A stretch of 64,000 nt of DNA from Syntrophaceae bacterium (lineage in GTDB: Bacteria; Desulfobacterota; Syntrophia; Syntrophales; Smithellaceae): NCBI GenBank assembly GCA_025355345.1, contig JANXZU010000122.1, forward strand, positions 3 to 64,002. Reading direction: 5' to 3'. Numbering within the stretch: position 1 is the first letter of the stretch; the number at the start of each line of letters is the position of its first letter. Below the pieces are notes generated by a model. That model was not told the DNA's origin. It searched no databases and saw nothing but the letters and a program-made list of their open reading frames with translations. Shown here piece by piece: positions 1-8,960 of the stretch. The position numbers and the translations under genes are program-made.

Positions 1-221
1 TTGATGTCCGCACTGGATAAATTTGATAAAACGCGCAATGTTCAATTCGAGACGTATGCAAGCATTGCGCCCTCCAGCTTATTATCCTTACTTCTTGTGG
101 CACGAGGGACCCAATCCTTCGCTCTCAGATCATCGAGAACAGCTCCGCGAATGCGAAAACTTGCATACGTCTCGAATTGAACATTGCGCGTTTTATCAAA
201 TTTATCCAGTGCGGACATCAA
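1..221. repeat. Perfect 62-bp inverted repeat (arms 1-62 and 160-221, 97-bp spacer) at the left edge of the window
   Basis: Reverse complement of bases 1-62 equals bases 160-221, checked base by base. The match stops at positions 63 and 159. Confidence 0.9.
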
Positions 222-368
222 ACCCATAATACCGACATTGATCAAGTCTTCTTTATCCGCAATATCAATAGGTAATTTTGATGCCAACCGCCCGACTATG
301 TTTTTAACGAGCGGCGCATACTTCATGATCTCTTCATCACGTTTACTTTTGTCTGCAGTCTTTGCCAA
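42..368 (-). CDS. fliA: Sigma-28 factor FliA, N-terminal part only. The frame runs into the fold-back arm at base 62 and ends in an artificial stop.
   Basis: Sigma region 2 motifs DLINVGIMGLMSALDKFD and FETYASFRIRGAVLDDLR. Sits directly after flhF-flhG. Sequence looks genuine only down to about base 63. Confidence 0.8.
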   Translation of the reverse strand: MAKTADKSKRDEEIMKYAPLVKNIVGRLASKLPIDIADKEDLINVGIMGLMSALDKFDKTRNVQFETYASFRIRGAVLDDLRAKDWVPRATRSKDNKLEGAMLAYVSN

Positions 369-1266
369 TTATACTATCCCAGAAAAAATTTATACTGCCG
401 CTTTCATCTTCCTCTTGCGTTTCAGAACTAAGTTTATCCGCAATTTTGGCCAGACATTTTGTTGCAGAACAATTAGGATAAACTTCAGCGAAAGCCTTTT
501 GCTGCCTTATTGCATCTTTCACTTTTTCATCTAACAATACATATCCCAAATATTCAATAGTTAAATTTAAAAAATGACCAGTCGCCTGGCTAAGTCTTTC
601 ATATATTTCCTTGGCCTCTGAAGGATTACGGGCCATATTTACCAGTAGACGGAAACGCTTCTTGGCGTGACGTTGATAAAGCACTTTGATCAAGGCATAA
701 GCATCAGTTAATGCAGTCGGCTCAGGTGAAGTTACTACGATAATTTCTTTCGCCGCCATATTGAAATACATGACATTGGAAGAAATACCAGCGCCGGTAT
801 CAATTATCATAAAATCAAGCGCTTCATTAAGGGTATTTAATTCATCAATCAACGTCAGCTTCTCGCCACGGGACAGGTCTGTCATTTCCGGGATACCGGA
901 AGCTGAAGGTAATACCTTAATACCACCCGGGCCATTGATGAGTGTTTCGGATAATGACTTTTCTCCCTTTAATACATGATACAGATTATATTGAGAATTA
1001 ATTCCTAAGATCACATCGATATTTGCTAAACCCACATCAGCGTCAAGAACTAGCGTCTTTTTATTCAGTCGAGAGAGAAGATAAGCCAGATTTGCCGCGA
1101 TATTTGTCTTACCAACTCCACCTTTGCCGCTTGTCACTGATATGACGCGAATACCTTGTTGCCTGATTGAATAGTCGCGGGGCTTGATCAGACTATCTGA
1201 CCCTGTAACTAAATTTTGCTCTTTCTTTCTCAATGCACGAAGAGTTGAAGCTTGGTCCGCTATCAT
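343..1266 (-). CDS. flhG: Flagellar number regulator FlhG (MinD/ParA-type ATPase)
   Basis: Deviant Walker A SGKGGVGKT. N-terminal ADQASTLRAL (DQAxxLR-type FlhF-activating motif). C-terminal amphipathic INFFWDSIIG. SD AAGGAG lies before the ATG. Confidence 0.9.
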   Translation of the reverse strand: MIADQASTLRALRKKEQNLVTGSDSLIKPRDYSIRQQGIRVISVTSGKGGVGKTNIAANLAYLLSRLNKKTLVLDADVGLANIDVILGINSQYNLYHVLKGEKSLSETLINGPGGIKVLPSASGIPEMTDLSRGEKLTLIDELNTLNEALDFMIIDTGAGISSNVMYFNMAAKEIIVVTSPEPTALTDAYALIKVLYQRHAKKRFRLLVNMARNPSEAKEIYERLSQATGHFLNLTIEYLGYVLLDEKVKDAIRQQKAFAEVYPNCSATKCLAKIADKLSSETQEEDESGSINFFWDSIIGKDCRQK

Positions 1267-1276
1267 AGAGCTCCTT

Positions 1277-1458
1277 ATACCAAGTTGCTATTAAACATTA
1301 AACGGTTTATTTACCAGGCATAATAACAAGTAAGCTTTCAAAAATTCATACTTTATTTAGTGAGACCACAGTTTCAGAACCTGAAACTGTTTGATCTAAC
1401 TATCCCGCACAACACCCTGAAGTTTATCTGCGACGGGGTTTTGAAAGCAACTTGGTAT
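1277..1458 (-). repeat. Intergenic structured repeat, copy A (long form, 182 bp) between flhF and flhG
   Basis: Terminus ATACCAAGTTGCT (1277-1289) is the exact reverse complement of AGCAACTTGGTAT (1446-1458). Hairpin arms are 1327-1343 and 1439-1458. An inner perfect 10-bp hairpin lies at 1368-1390. No ORF. Confidence 0.85.
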
Positions 1459-1500
1459 TAGCTTAATATTTTCACTTACAAGTATTTTATTATCTATCAG

Positions 1501-2661
1501 TTAATTTACAACATTACTCATAATTAAATGTGCCATTCTTGAAGGTGTCACCTCCTCAATATCCTGCGGAACATTTTGTCCGCAAGTAAGATAGGTGACC
1601 GGTTTCTTAACTTTGTTGATCACATCATAAAGAATACCGAAACGCCTTGATTCATCGATTTTAGTAACAATAAGATTATCAAAATTAATTGTTGCATATT
1701 TCGAGAGAACATCCTGAAAATTATCTTCGCTTGCCGTCGCATTGACCAGTAAATTAGTTTCCGTATTATCATGAGGTGTACAATTTTCCAAAATATTCAT
1801 ATATCCGTCATCAATACGTCCGCGCCCTGGTGTATCGACAAGAATAACATCCCTGTCGGAAAAAAGCCGGATGGCTCTCTGAAAAGACTCTTTAGTGGAT
1901 GCCACTTCCATATTCAGACCCATAATCTTGGCATATGTGCCAAGTTGTTCAGTTGCGGCAATGCGAAAGGTATCAGTTGTAACCAAACCAACCTTCATCT
2001 TTTTCGTTATTGAATAACGCGCAGCCATTTTGGCCAGCGTTGTTGTCTTTCCAACACCGGTAGGACCAATAAATACTTTAATCTTTTTTCGATCGTGTCC
2101 TCCCCGTGCCATAGGCATTGACTTAATGATATAATCTTCCACAACTCTCAAAGCATTTTTTTCGCTCAAATCCGTCAAAGAAGACAATTCCTGATTTACC
2201 GATTCAACTATCCGGCAGGCGCTGCTGCGGGAAAAACCACGACTAAGCAAATGAAAATATATTTTCTTATTTATATCTTGTGAAGCTTTCCCTTTGCGCA
2301 TCCCCAAAAGATCAAAAAAATTATCCATGGTTTCTTTTATTTCAGCAAGTTCTAGGTGCAATGAATTATCTCTTTGTGGTGAATTTATTATTTCTTTGAG
2401 TTCATTTATTCCACCTCGCAGAAAAGTAATTACGTCTTCAGGCTTTTGGGTTATTCGGGAACTAATTTCCGGCAGAACATCTCCAGAAATATTATTGATC
2501 AAATTTATTTTTTCATCGTGCGCCGCCATCACCTCAAATACAGATTCCTTCCCACCTTTTAATTTCTTGGTAGAAAGAATAATAGCATCCGGGCCTAAAT
2601 CATTCTTAATTTTTACCAGTGCATCACTGATGCTGGAAACTTCGTAACGTTTAACTTGCAT
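1501..2661 (-). CDS. flhF: Flagellar placement GTPase FlhF (SRP-type)
   Basis: G motifs GPTGVGKTTT and DTPGR. N-terminus MQVKRYEV. The ORF-track start at 2682 is a TTG inside repeat copy B, so the ATG at 2661 is preferred. Confidence 0.9.
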   Translation of the reverse strand: MQVKRYEVSSISDALVKIKNDLGPDAIILSTKKLKGGKESVFEVMAAHDEKINLINNISGDVLPEISSRITQKPEDVITFLRGGINELKEIINSPQRDNSLHLELAEIKETMDNFFDLLGMRKGKASQDINKKIYFHLLSRGFSRSSACRIVESVNQELSSLTDLSEKNALRVVEDYIIKSMPMARGGHDRKKIKVFIGPTGVGKTTTLAKMAARYSITKKMKVGLVTTDTFRIAATEQLGTYAKIMGLNMEVASTKESFQRAIRLFSDRDVILVDTPGRGRIDDGYMNILENCTPHDNTETNLLVNATASEDNFQDVLSKYATINFDNLIVTKIDESRRFGILYDVINKVKKPVTYLTCGQNVPQDIEEVTPSRMAHLIMSNVVN

Positions 2662-2664
2662 ATT

Positions 2665-2823
2665 ATACCAAGTAGATATCAAGCATTAAAAGGTTAATTT
2701 ACCGGGCATAATGCCAACTAAGCTTTCAAAAATTCATAGTTTATTTAGTTCGTGCAGCACCCTGAATAACCTAAAGGTCACCGTGGGGGTATCTGCGACG
2801 TGGTTTTGAAAGCAACTTGGCAT
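2665..2823 (-). repeat. Intergenic structured repeat, copy B (159 bp) between flhA and flhF
   Basis: Same modules as copy A. Terminus ATACCAAGTAGAT at 2665-2677. Hairpin arms at 2715-2731 and 2804-2823. Touches the flhA stop codon at one end and lies 3 nt from the flhF ATG at the other. Confidence 0.85.
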
Positions 2824-4904
2824 TATAACTCTACCATCCCTACAGATTTAACATTTACTTCCCGTGATATTTCATTGTGCGCCAAAACAACCATGCTGGG
2901 GTAAAACTTTTCCAATATTTTGCGAAAATGAATTCGATTATTCGGAGAACATAGAATTATCGGTTGCAGACCACTTGCTATAAAAATGGTTATTAATTTT
3001 TGTAAATTGCTAACCATTTTCTTTACTATGTTTGGATCAGGAGAAATGAATGATTCATGTTCAGTATGCTGAATAGAACGGTTGATCTTATCTTCGATAT
3101 CCGGCGACATAACCATTACTGTTATATTACCGTCTCTATCCTGGTATTGTTTGGTAATTGCCCGCGCCAGTGACTGCCTTACATACCCGGTAAGTATGTC
3201 GGCATTTTTGGTAGTAGCAGCATATTCACCAATTGTTTCTATGATAGTAAGCAAGTCACGAATGGAAATACGTTCCCGCAAAATACGCTGAAGAACTCTG
3301 TGTACCAAACTAACCGGAACTGTTTTGGGAACAATTTCTTTGATAACCCGCGGATAAAGTTGCTCCAGATTGTCCAGTAATACCTGCACTTCCTGACGAC
3401 CAAGTATTTCATCAGCGTAAGTTTTAATTAGCTCAGTTAAGTGAGTTGTAATTACGGTCGCAGGTTCAACAACAACATGCCCCTTCATCTGAACGGCGTC
3501 TTTCTCCCTTTCAGTAACCCACATGGCGGGAAGTCCGAAAGCAGGTTCTTTGGTGGGAATCCCTTTAACCGTGAGCTCCTTGTCATCAGCCGATATCAGC
3601 AAATAATGTCCAAGCATAACACTCCCGCGAGCTACTTCCACGCCTCGAAGCAACACACTATATTCATCAGGCCTGAGCTTCAGGTTATCACGTATGTGAA
3701 TCGCCGGAACGATAAAACCCATTTCAGTAGCAAGTTGGCGGCGCAGGGCTTTAATCCTCTGCAACAATTCCCCCCCCTGCGAGGCATCTACCATGGGAAT
3801 TAAGCTATAACCTACTTCCAGTCCTAAAGTGTCAAGCGGCGCGATTGTATCTATCGTATCCACGGAGGTAGGCGCTGCCTGCACGGCTTCTTCCTCTTTT
3901 TGTTTGGTCTGAGCTATATTACGAACTATCCGGTAAGCTAAAAAAGCTATAATTGCCGAAACTAGAATAAAAGATATTTTGGGCATTCCCGGAACCAGGG
4001 CGAAGATAAAAAGTATTATCGCCGCTGTGGCGATAGCCCGTGGTTGCATGAACAACTGAGCTTTTACTTCTTCCCCCAGCTCAGTTGACGCTGCAGTCCT
4101 TGTAACTAACATACCGGCGGCAGTAGATACTATAAGCGCTGGCACTTGAGTTACCAGACCATCACCAATAGTTAAAAGAGTATAGTTACGAGCCGCCTCA
4201 GCCAACGGCATATTCATCTGCAATACACCGATAATTAATCCACCGATGATATTGACAAAAACAATAATAATGCCAGCGACCGCGTCGCCGCGCACAAATT
4301 TACTGGCACCATCCATCGACCCGTAGAAATTGGCTTCCTGCTCAATTTCTGAACGACGGCGGCGGGCATCGGATTCTGTAATTAAACCAGTATTCAAATC
4401 GGCATCAATACTCATCTGCTTTCCGGGCATGGCATCGAGAGTAAATCGCGCCGCTACTTCCGCCACACGGGTTGCGCCCTTTGTAATAACAACAAAATTT
4501 ATCAAGACCAATACCATAAAAACAATTAAGCCAACTACATAGTTACCACCAACCACAAATGTCCCGAATGCTTTAATTACTTGACCTGCCGCAGCGGTTC
4601 CCTCATTGCCATGCAATAAAATCAATCTTGTTGAAGCCACGTTGAGTGACAATCTAAGTAATGTCGCAATCAGCAGGACGGAAGGAAATACAGAAAAATG
4701 CAGTGGTTTTAATACATACATGGACATCAAAAGGATAATTATGGACAAAGTAATACTGAAAGACAAAAGAATATCCAGAAAAAAAGTAGGAATAGGAATA
4801 ATCATAACCATGAGAATGCCGACCACTCCCATAGCCATCATCGCCGAGCTTGATCTGGCGCTATCTATAAATGGATTGTTCCCTATTGCTTCTGAATTAG
4901 CCAT
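2823..4904 (-). CDS. flhA: Flagellar type III export gate protein FlhA
   Basis: 693 aa. N-terminal multi-TM domain with the FHIPEP-type segment GNYVVGLIVF...ITKGATRVAEVAARFTLDAMPGKQMSIDADL, plus a large cytoplasmic C-domain. Confidence 0.97.
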   Translation of the reverse strand: MANSEAIGNNPFIDSARSSSAMMAMGVVGILMVMIIPIPTFFLDILLSFSITLSIIILLMSMYVLKPLHFSVFPSVLLIATLLRLSLNVASTRLILLHGNEGTAAAGQVIKAFGTFVVGGNYVVGLIVFMVLVLINFVVITKGATRVAEVAARFTLDAMPGKQMSIDADLNTGLITESDARRRRSEIEQEANFYGSMDGASKFVRGDAVAGIIIVFVNIIGGLIIGVLQMNMPLAEAARNYTLLTIGDGLVTQVPALIVSTAAGMLVTRTAASTELGEEVKAQLFMQPRAIATAAIILFIFALVPGMPKISFILVSAIIAFLAYRIVRNIAQTKQKEEEAVQAAPTSVDTIDTIAPLDTLGLEVGYSLIPMVDASQGGELLQRIKALRRQLATEMGFIVPAIHIRDNLKLRPDEYSVLLRGVEVARGSVMLGHYLLISADDKELTVKGIPTKEPAFGLPAMWVTEREKDAVQMKGHVVVEPATVITTHLTELIKTYADEILGRQEVQVLLDNLEQLYPRVIKEIVPKTVPVSLVHRVLQRILRERISIRDLLTIIETIGEYAATTKNADILTGYVRQSLARAITKQYQDRDGNITVMVMSPDIEDKINRSIQHTEHESFISPDPNIVKKMVSNLQKLITIFIASGLQPIILCSPNNRIHFRKILEKFYPSMVVLAHNEISREVNVKSVGMVEL

Positions 4905-4910
4905 ATTTTT

Positions 4911-5987
4911 TTATCCGAATAGCCTGACCTTTTTTTGGTCGTAAACGTAAGCCAGCACTTCTGCAACCGCACGATAAATTGTTTCCGGTATAAAATCATT
5001 TACCATAACAGTCTTATACAATACCTGTGCCAGAGGCTTATTTTCAACTATTAAGACATCGTTTTCTTCAGCAATTTGTCTGATCTTTTCCGCAATATAA
5101 TCAGCTCCTTTGGCAACTACAACCGGAGCCTGCATATTATCGGGATCATATTTTATCGCGATTGCTAAATGTGTCGGGTTAGTGATGATAACATCGGCCT
5201 TAGGAACCGCCGCCATCATTCGTTTTTGGGCGGCTTCCCTTTGCAGACGGCGGATTCTGGACTTAATAAGAGGATCACCTTCTGTGTTCTTAAACTCATC
5301 TTTAACTTCCTGCTTTGTCATCCGCAGGCTTTTCTCATATTCCCAGCGCTGATAAATGTAATCAAAAATCGCCAGAATTATTAATACTATCGTTACCGTC
5401 AGTATTATTTTAAAACTGATGCTGCCCAAATAAACCATTGTTCCCCAAACACTCTGATCCATAAGATTGAACATATTATCTTGTTCTTTTTTAATAACCA
5501 GATAGGCAACAACCCCTACTATAAACATTTTAAAGATATTTTTTATCAGCTCGATTATGGAGCGTAGAGAAAATAGTCTTTTAAACCCACTAATTGGATC
5601 AATCTTTGATAATTTCGGTTCCAGTGATTCTGTAGAGAACATCAGTCCAACCTGCAGAACGTTACATAAAATAGCGGCAATAAGTACGGTTAGCATCAAG
5701 GGAAAAAGAATTATAAATCCTTTAAATAAATATGTGGCAAAAATTCCATTTATGCTTGCCTGTGTAATATCACCTTTGCCCGCAGCACGGAAACCAGATG
5801 TCATCAATTCCATGACGTTCTTAAGCAATCCGGATGTTCCAAAATAAAAATATATCAGGCAAGCAACCAGTATTCCTACGGATACAAGTTCAGCAGAACG
5901 AGCTACCTGCCCTTTTTCACGTGCTTCTTCGCGGCGTTTCCCTGTCGCCTGTTCAGTTTTTTCCTGGCCTTCTTCGCTTTCAGCCAT
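4911..5987 (-). CDS. flhB: Flagellar export switch protein FlhB
   Basis: N-terminus MAESEEGQEKTEQATGKRREEAREKGQV. NPTH autocleavage motif (ITNPTHLAIA). The ATG at 5987 is preferred over the TTG at 5999, which lies in repeat copy C. Confidence 0.95.
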   Translation of the reverse strand: MAESEEGQEKTEQATGKRREEAREKGQVARSAELVSVGILVACLIYFYFGTSGLLKNVMELMTSGFRAAGKGDITQASINGIFATYLFKGFIILFPLMLTVLIAAILCNVLQVGLMFSTESLEPKLSKIDPISGFKRLFSLRSIIELIKNIFKMFIVGVVAYLVIKKEQDNMFNLMDQSVWGTMVYLGSISFKIILTVTIVLIILAIFDYIYQRWEYEKSLRMTKQEVKDEFKNTEGDPLIKSRIRRLQREAAQKRMMAAVPKADVIITNPTHLAIAIKYDPDNMQAPVVVAKGADYIAEKIRQIAEENDVLIVENKPLAQVLYKTVMVNDFIPETIYRAVAEVLAYVYDQKKVRLFG

Positions 5988-5992
5988 ACATT

Positions 5993-6088
5993 GTACCAAG
6001 TAGCTATCAAATATTAAACGGTTGATTTACTGTGCATAATACCAAGTAAACTTTCAAAAATTCATATTTTTTGAAAGCAACTTGCTAT
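5993..6088 (-). repeat. Intergenic structured repeat, copy C (short form, 96 bp) between fliR and flhB
   Basis: Terminus GTACCAAGTAGCT at 5993-6005. Hairpin arms at 6043-6059 and 6069-6088, with only a few nt of loop. Carries the left module ATTAAACGGTTGATTTAC..GCATAAT. Confidence 0.85.
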
Positions 6089-6197
6089 TACCTGTCGGTT
6101 TAATGACAAAAGTGTCAATATTTCGTTATTTTGATTCATCGCTAATATCGCATATATATGTATTTGTTAAATATATCATAAGACCTTTGCTGCTCAT

Positions 6198-6977
6198 TCA
6201 CATTAAGCGTAAAAGCGATACTATCTTTAATTCCAATCCTGTAAAAAGTGATTGTGTCATTTTTACTAACAAAGGCGCGGTCAATCCCAGAAAAATTAAA
6301 CCGATCGCTATCTGCAAAGGAAATCCCACAATAAAAATATTCATCTGGGGAACCGTGCGGGCAATAATACCCAGACCAACGTTTGTAAAAAGCATTACAG
6401 CCATAATCGGCGCCCCCAGTTTGATAGCAATAACAAACATCTCTTGTGAAAATTCAAAAATGCTTTGCATTAGCTGTCCGGAAAAATGAAAAGTCAGGGG
6501 ATTTAAAATACTGTAGCTTTGAATGATTGCTGAAAAGAAAATATGGTGCGCGTCAACAGTCAAAAATACAAGCATGGCAACGAGATACTGTAATTCGGCG
6601 ATGGTTGACACTTGCTGGTTGGTAAGTGGATCAATGACATTCGCCATTGATAATCCCATTTGAAAACCAATCATCTCCCCGGCCATCTGAATTCCGGCAA
6701 ACACAAATTTCGCCGAAAACCCAATAATGACGCCAATCATAACTTCGCCTGCCATCCGGTACATCAGAATCAAAACCTGATAATTTGCCGGTTGGGGAAT
6801 ATTCGGCAGTACCAGCGGAAATATTATAAGACTGATCAATATGGATAAAGCCGCTTTAATTTGCAGAGGAACGGATGTATCACTTATCACCGGTATGGTG
6901 ATAATAATGGCACCTACCCGCAGAAAGACAAGGATGAAAGCTTCTACATGCTCGGCAGATAGGAATGGTAAACTCAT
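6198..6977 (-). CDS. fliR: Flagellar export apparatus protein FliR
   Basis: 259-aa polytopic membrane protein located between fliQ and flhB. Confidence 0.9.
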   Translation of the reverse strand: MSLPFLSAEHVEAFILVFLRVGAIIITIPVISDTSVPLQIKAALSILISLIIFPLVLPNIPQPANYQVLILMYRMAGEVMIGVIIGFSAKFVFAGIQMAGEMIGFQMGLSMANVIDPLTNQQVSTIAELQYLVAMLVFLTVDAHHIFFSAIIQSYSILNPLTFHFSGQLMQSIFEFSQEMFVIAIKLGAPIMAVMLFTNVGLGIIARTVPQMNIFIVGFPLQIAIGLIFLGLTAPLLVKMTQSLFTGLELKIVSLLRLM

Positions 6978-7031
6978 TTAAACTGGCCTCACCTTTTTCT
7001 TCTTCCATTTTGTCTTTTCTCTCTTTAACCT

Positions 7032-7301
7032 TTACTTTATATACATAGGAATATTTGTAAATATATTCTGAGTAAAGGTTATCAGCAAACTAATCATCCA
7101 TGGTAGGGAAGCCACCAGTGTAATCATAACGGCAACAATTTTTGGCACAAATACCAGCGTCATTTCCTGGATTTGGGTCACCGCCTGAAGAAGACTGATC
7201 ACTACACCGACAATCAAACCTACAATCAGCATCGGCGCTGATATCAAGAGTGTTATTTTTATTGTCTCAGCCATTAAACCCACAACTGTGTCTGTAGTCA
7301 T
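7032..7301 (-). CDS. fliQ: Flagellar export apparatus protein FliQ
   Basis: 89 aa with two TM helices. Located between fliP and fliR. Confidence 0.9.
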   Translation of the reverse strand: MTTDTVVGLMAETIKITLLISAPMLIVGLIVGVVISLLQAVTQIQEMTLVFVPKIVAVMITLVASLPWMISLLITFTQNIFTNIPMYIK

Positions 7302-7317
7302 TTATTTCCTTTTTAAG

Positions 7318-8091
7318 CTAACGGAAGCTTTGTACTAATGAACCAACAATTAAATACCAGCCATCAACAAGCACAAAAAGAAGCAGCTTGAAGGGCAGAC
7401 TAATCATAATAGGCGGAAGCATCATCATACCCATGGATAGCAAAACACTGGCAACAACCATATCTAAAACAAGAAAAGGTAAATAAATCATAAAACCGAT
7501 TTGGAATGCTGTCTTCAATTCACTTATAGCAAAAGCCGGTATCAATGTTGTAAGAGAAACATCTTCCGGCTTGGCCGGCTGTTTTTCCTTTGCGATTTTG
7601 ATAAAGAGAGCCAGATCCTTTTCTCTAACCTGTTTAAGCATGAAGTCTTTTATTGGTGCGGCGGCTTTCTCGAAAGCCTGCTGACCTGACAGTTGCTCTT
7701 CGTAATAGGGTTTTAGCGCTTCATCGTTTACGCGATTAATAACCGGGGACATGATAAAAAATGTGAGAAACAATGAAAGTCCGACAATGATTTGATTCGG
7801 CGGCATTGTCTGCGTGCCAAGGGCATGTCTTAAAAGCGACAGGACAATCACAATTCGAGTAAAAGATGTAACCATGAGCAGAAGTGCCGGAGCCATAGAA
7901 AGTATGGTCAGCAATATTACCAGTTGAATCAAAGAAGAGACTTTTTCCGGCTCAGTCGTTCCTCCGGACATGCTCAGGCTGATGTTGGGAAGAGAAAAAC
8001 TCTGAGCGGCATAAACGCTTGCGGTTGTTATTATCGCTGATCCTACCAGACATAATAAACATACAATAATTATCAATTTGATATTTTTCAT
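7318..8091 (-). CDS. fliP: Flagellar export apparatus protein FliP
   Basis: Signal peptide plus conserved FliP segments FTRIVIVLSLLRHALGTQ and ELKTAFQIGFMIYLPFLVLDMVVASVLLSMGMMMLPP. Confidence 0.95.
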   Translation of the reverse strand: MKNIKLIIIVCLLCLVGSAIITTASVYAAQSFSLPNISLSMSGGTTEPEKVSSLIQLVILLTILSMAPALLLMVTSFTRIVIVLSLLRHALGTQTMPPNQIIVGLSLFLTFFIMSPVINRVNDEALKPYYEEQLSGQQAFEKAAAPIKDFMLKQVREKDLALFIKIAKEKQPAKPEDVSLTTLIPAFAISELKTAFQIGFMIYLPFLVLDMVVASVLLSMGMMMLPPIMISLPFKLLLFVLVDGWYLIVGSLVQSFR

Positions 8092-8495
8092 TTTGAGGGA
8101 TTATCCTTTTGCTGGCCGGAAGACAGATTTAAAGAAGATATATACTTTGTGATCTTATCTACCGAAGATTTCACACCTGGATAATTTGCACGTTTGTCTT
8201 TTATTTCGGCGATGGCTAAAGGATCATCAATACAGGCCAAAGTTGTCATCTGCTGATTGGATATTCCTACAACAATGAGCCGATCTAAAACCTCAACAAG
8301 GATTATACTGCTTTTCGGGCCCAAATATCTGGAGGATATTATATTGATCAGCGCCTGATTATCAGAGGCAGGAGCGACCTGCGACATGAATCGCTTCACA
8401 AAATACATCACACCAAAAAGCAGACCCAGCACCAGCGCCAACGCGCCAATCATTCTAAAAAAATTAAAAACAAGGGAAGAAGTATCCATATTCAA
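8088..8495 (-). CDS. fliO: FliO/FliZ-like flagellar export protein
   Basis: 135 aa with a single N-terminal TM helix. Located between fliN and fliP, overlapping the fliP start. Confidence 0.6.
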   Translation of the reverse strand: MNMDTSSLVFNFFRMIGALALVLGLLFGVMYFVKRFMSQVAPASDNQALINIISSRYLGPKSSIILVEVLDRLIVVGISNQQMTTLACIDDPLAIAEIKDKRANYPGVKSSVDKITKYISSLNLSSGQQKDNPSK

Positions 8496-8501
8496 TTACT
8501 C

Positions 8502-8960
8502 TCACACTAATTTATTGACTCTTTCCGCGGGGGAAACAATGTCCGTCAAACGCACACCGAATTTCTCGTTGACTACTACCACTTCACCACGCGCGATGAG
8601 TCTTTGGTTAACATATACATCCATTGGCTCTCCGGCCAATTTAGTTAATTCCAGCACTGAACCTTGTCCCAATTGTAACAACTCGCTAATCAACATTTTA
8701 CTTCTGCCCAACTCAGCAGTAAGGGTCAGGGGAATGTCCAGAATAAAATCCAGATTGAATGACGTCTTGCCATCAGTCCTTGTCCTCTTTAACTCATCAA
8801 AGTTAACATTGGACACCTCTGTTTTGGATGAAGACGGTCCCTGTGACTTAGCCATTTCATCCTTAACATCATCCCAACCTAATTTCTCATCATTCGGAGC
8901 TGCTGAGTCTTTCGGCATGCTCCCCCCTTTCATCAATTCATCAATTTCATTCTGTTCCAT
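8502..8960 (-). CDS. fliN: Flagellar motor switch protein FliN
   Basis: C-terminal SpoA domain: IPLTLTAELGRSKMLISELLQLGQGSVLELTKLAGEPMDVYVNQRLIARGEVVVVNEKFGVRLTDI. Confidence 0.9.
   Translation of the reverse strand: MEQNEIDELMKGGSMPKDSAAPNDEKLGWDDVKDEMAKSQGPSSSKTEVSNVNFDELKRTRTDGKTSFNLDFILDIPLTLTAELGRSKMLISELLQLGQGSVLELTKLAGEPMDVYVNQRLIARGEVVVVNEKFGVRLTDIVSPAERVNKLV

Noticed and set aside
1277-2823. Small self-cleaving ribozyme (hammerhead or twister type) or sigma-54 / sigma-28 promoter inside the long repeat copies.
   Set aside because: CTGAAGT and CTGAATA do not satisfy the hammerhead CUGANGA core. I could not assemble any complete ribozyme core by eye. No correctly spaced GG-N10-GC or TAAA-N15-CCGATA element is present on the sense strand.
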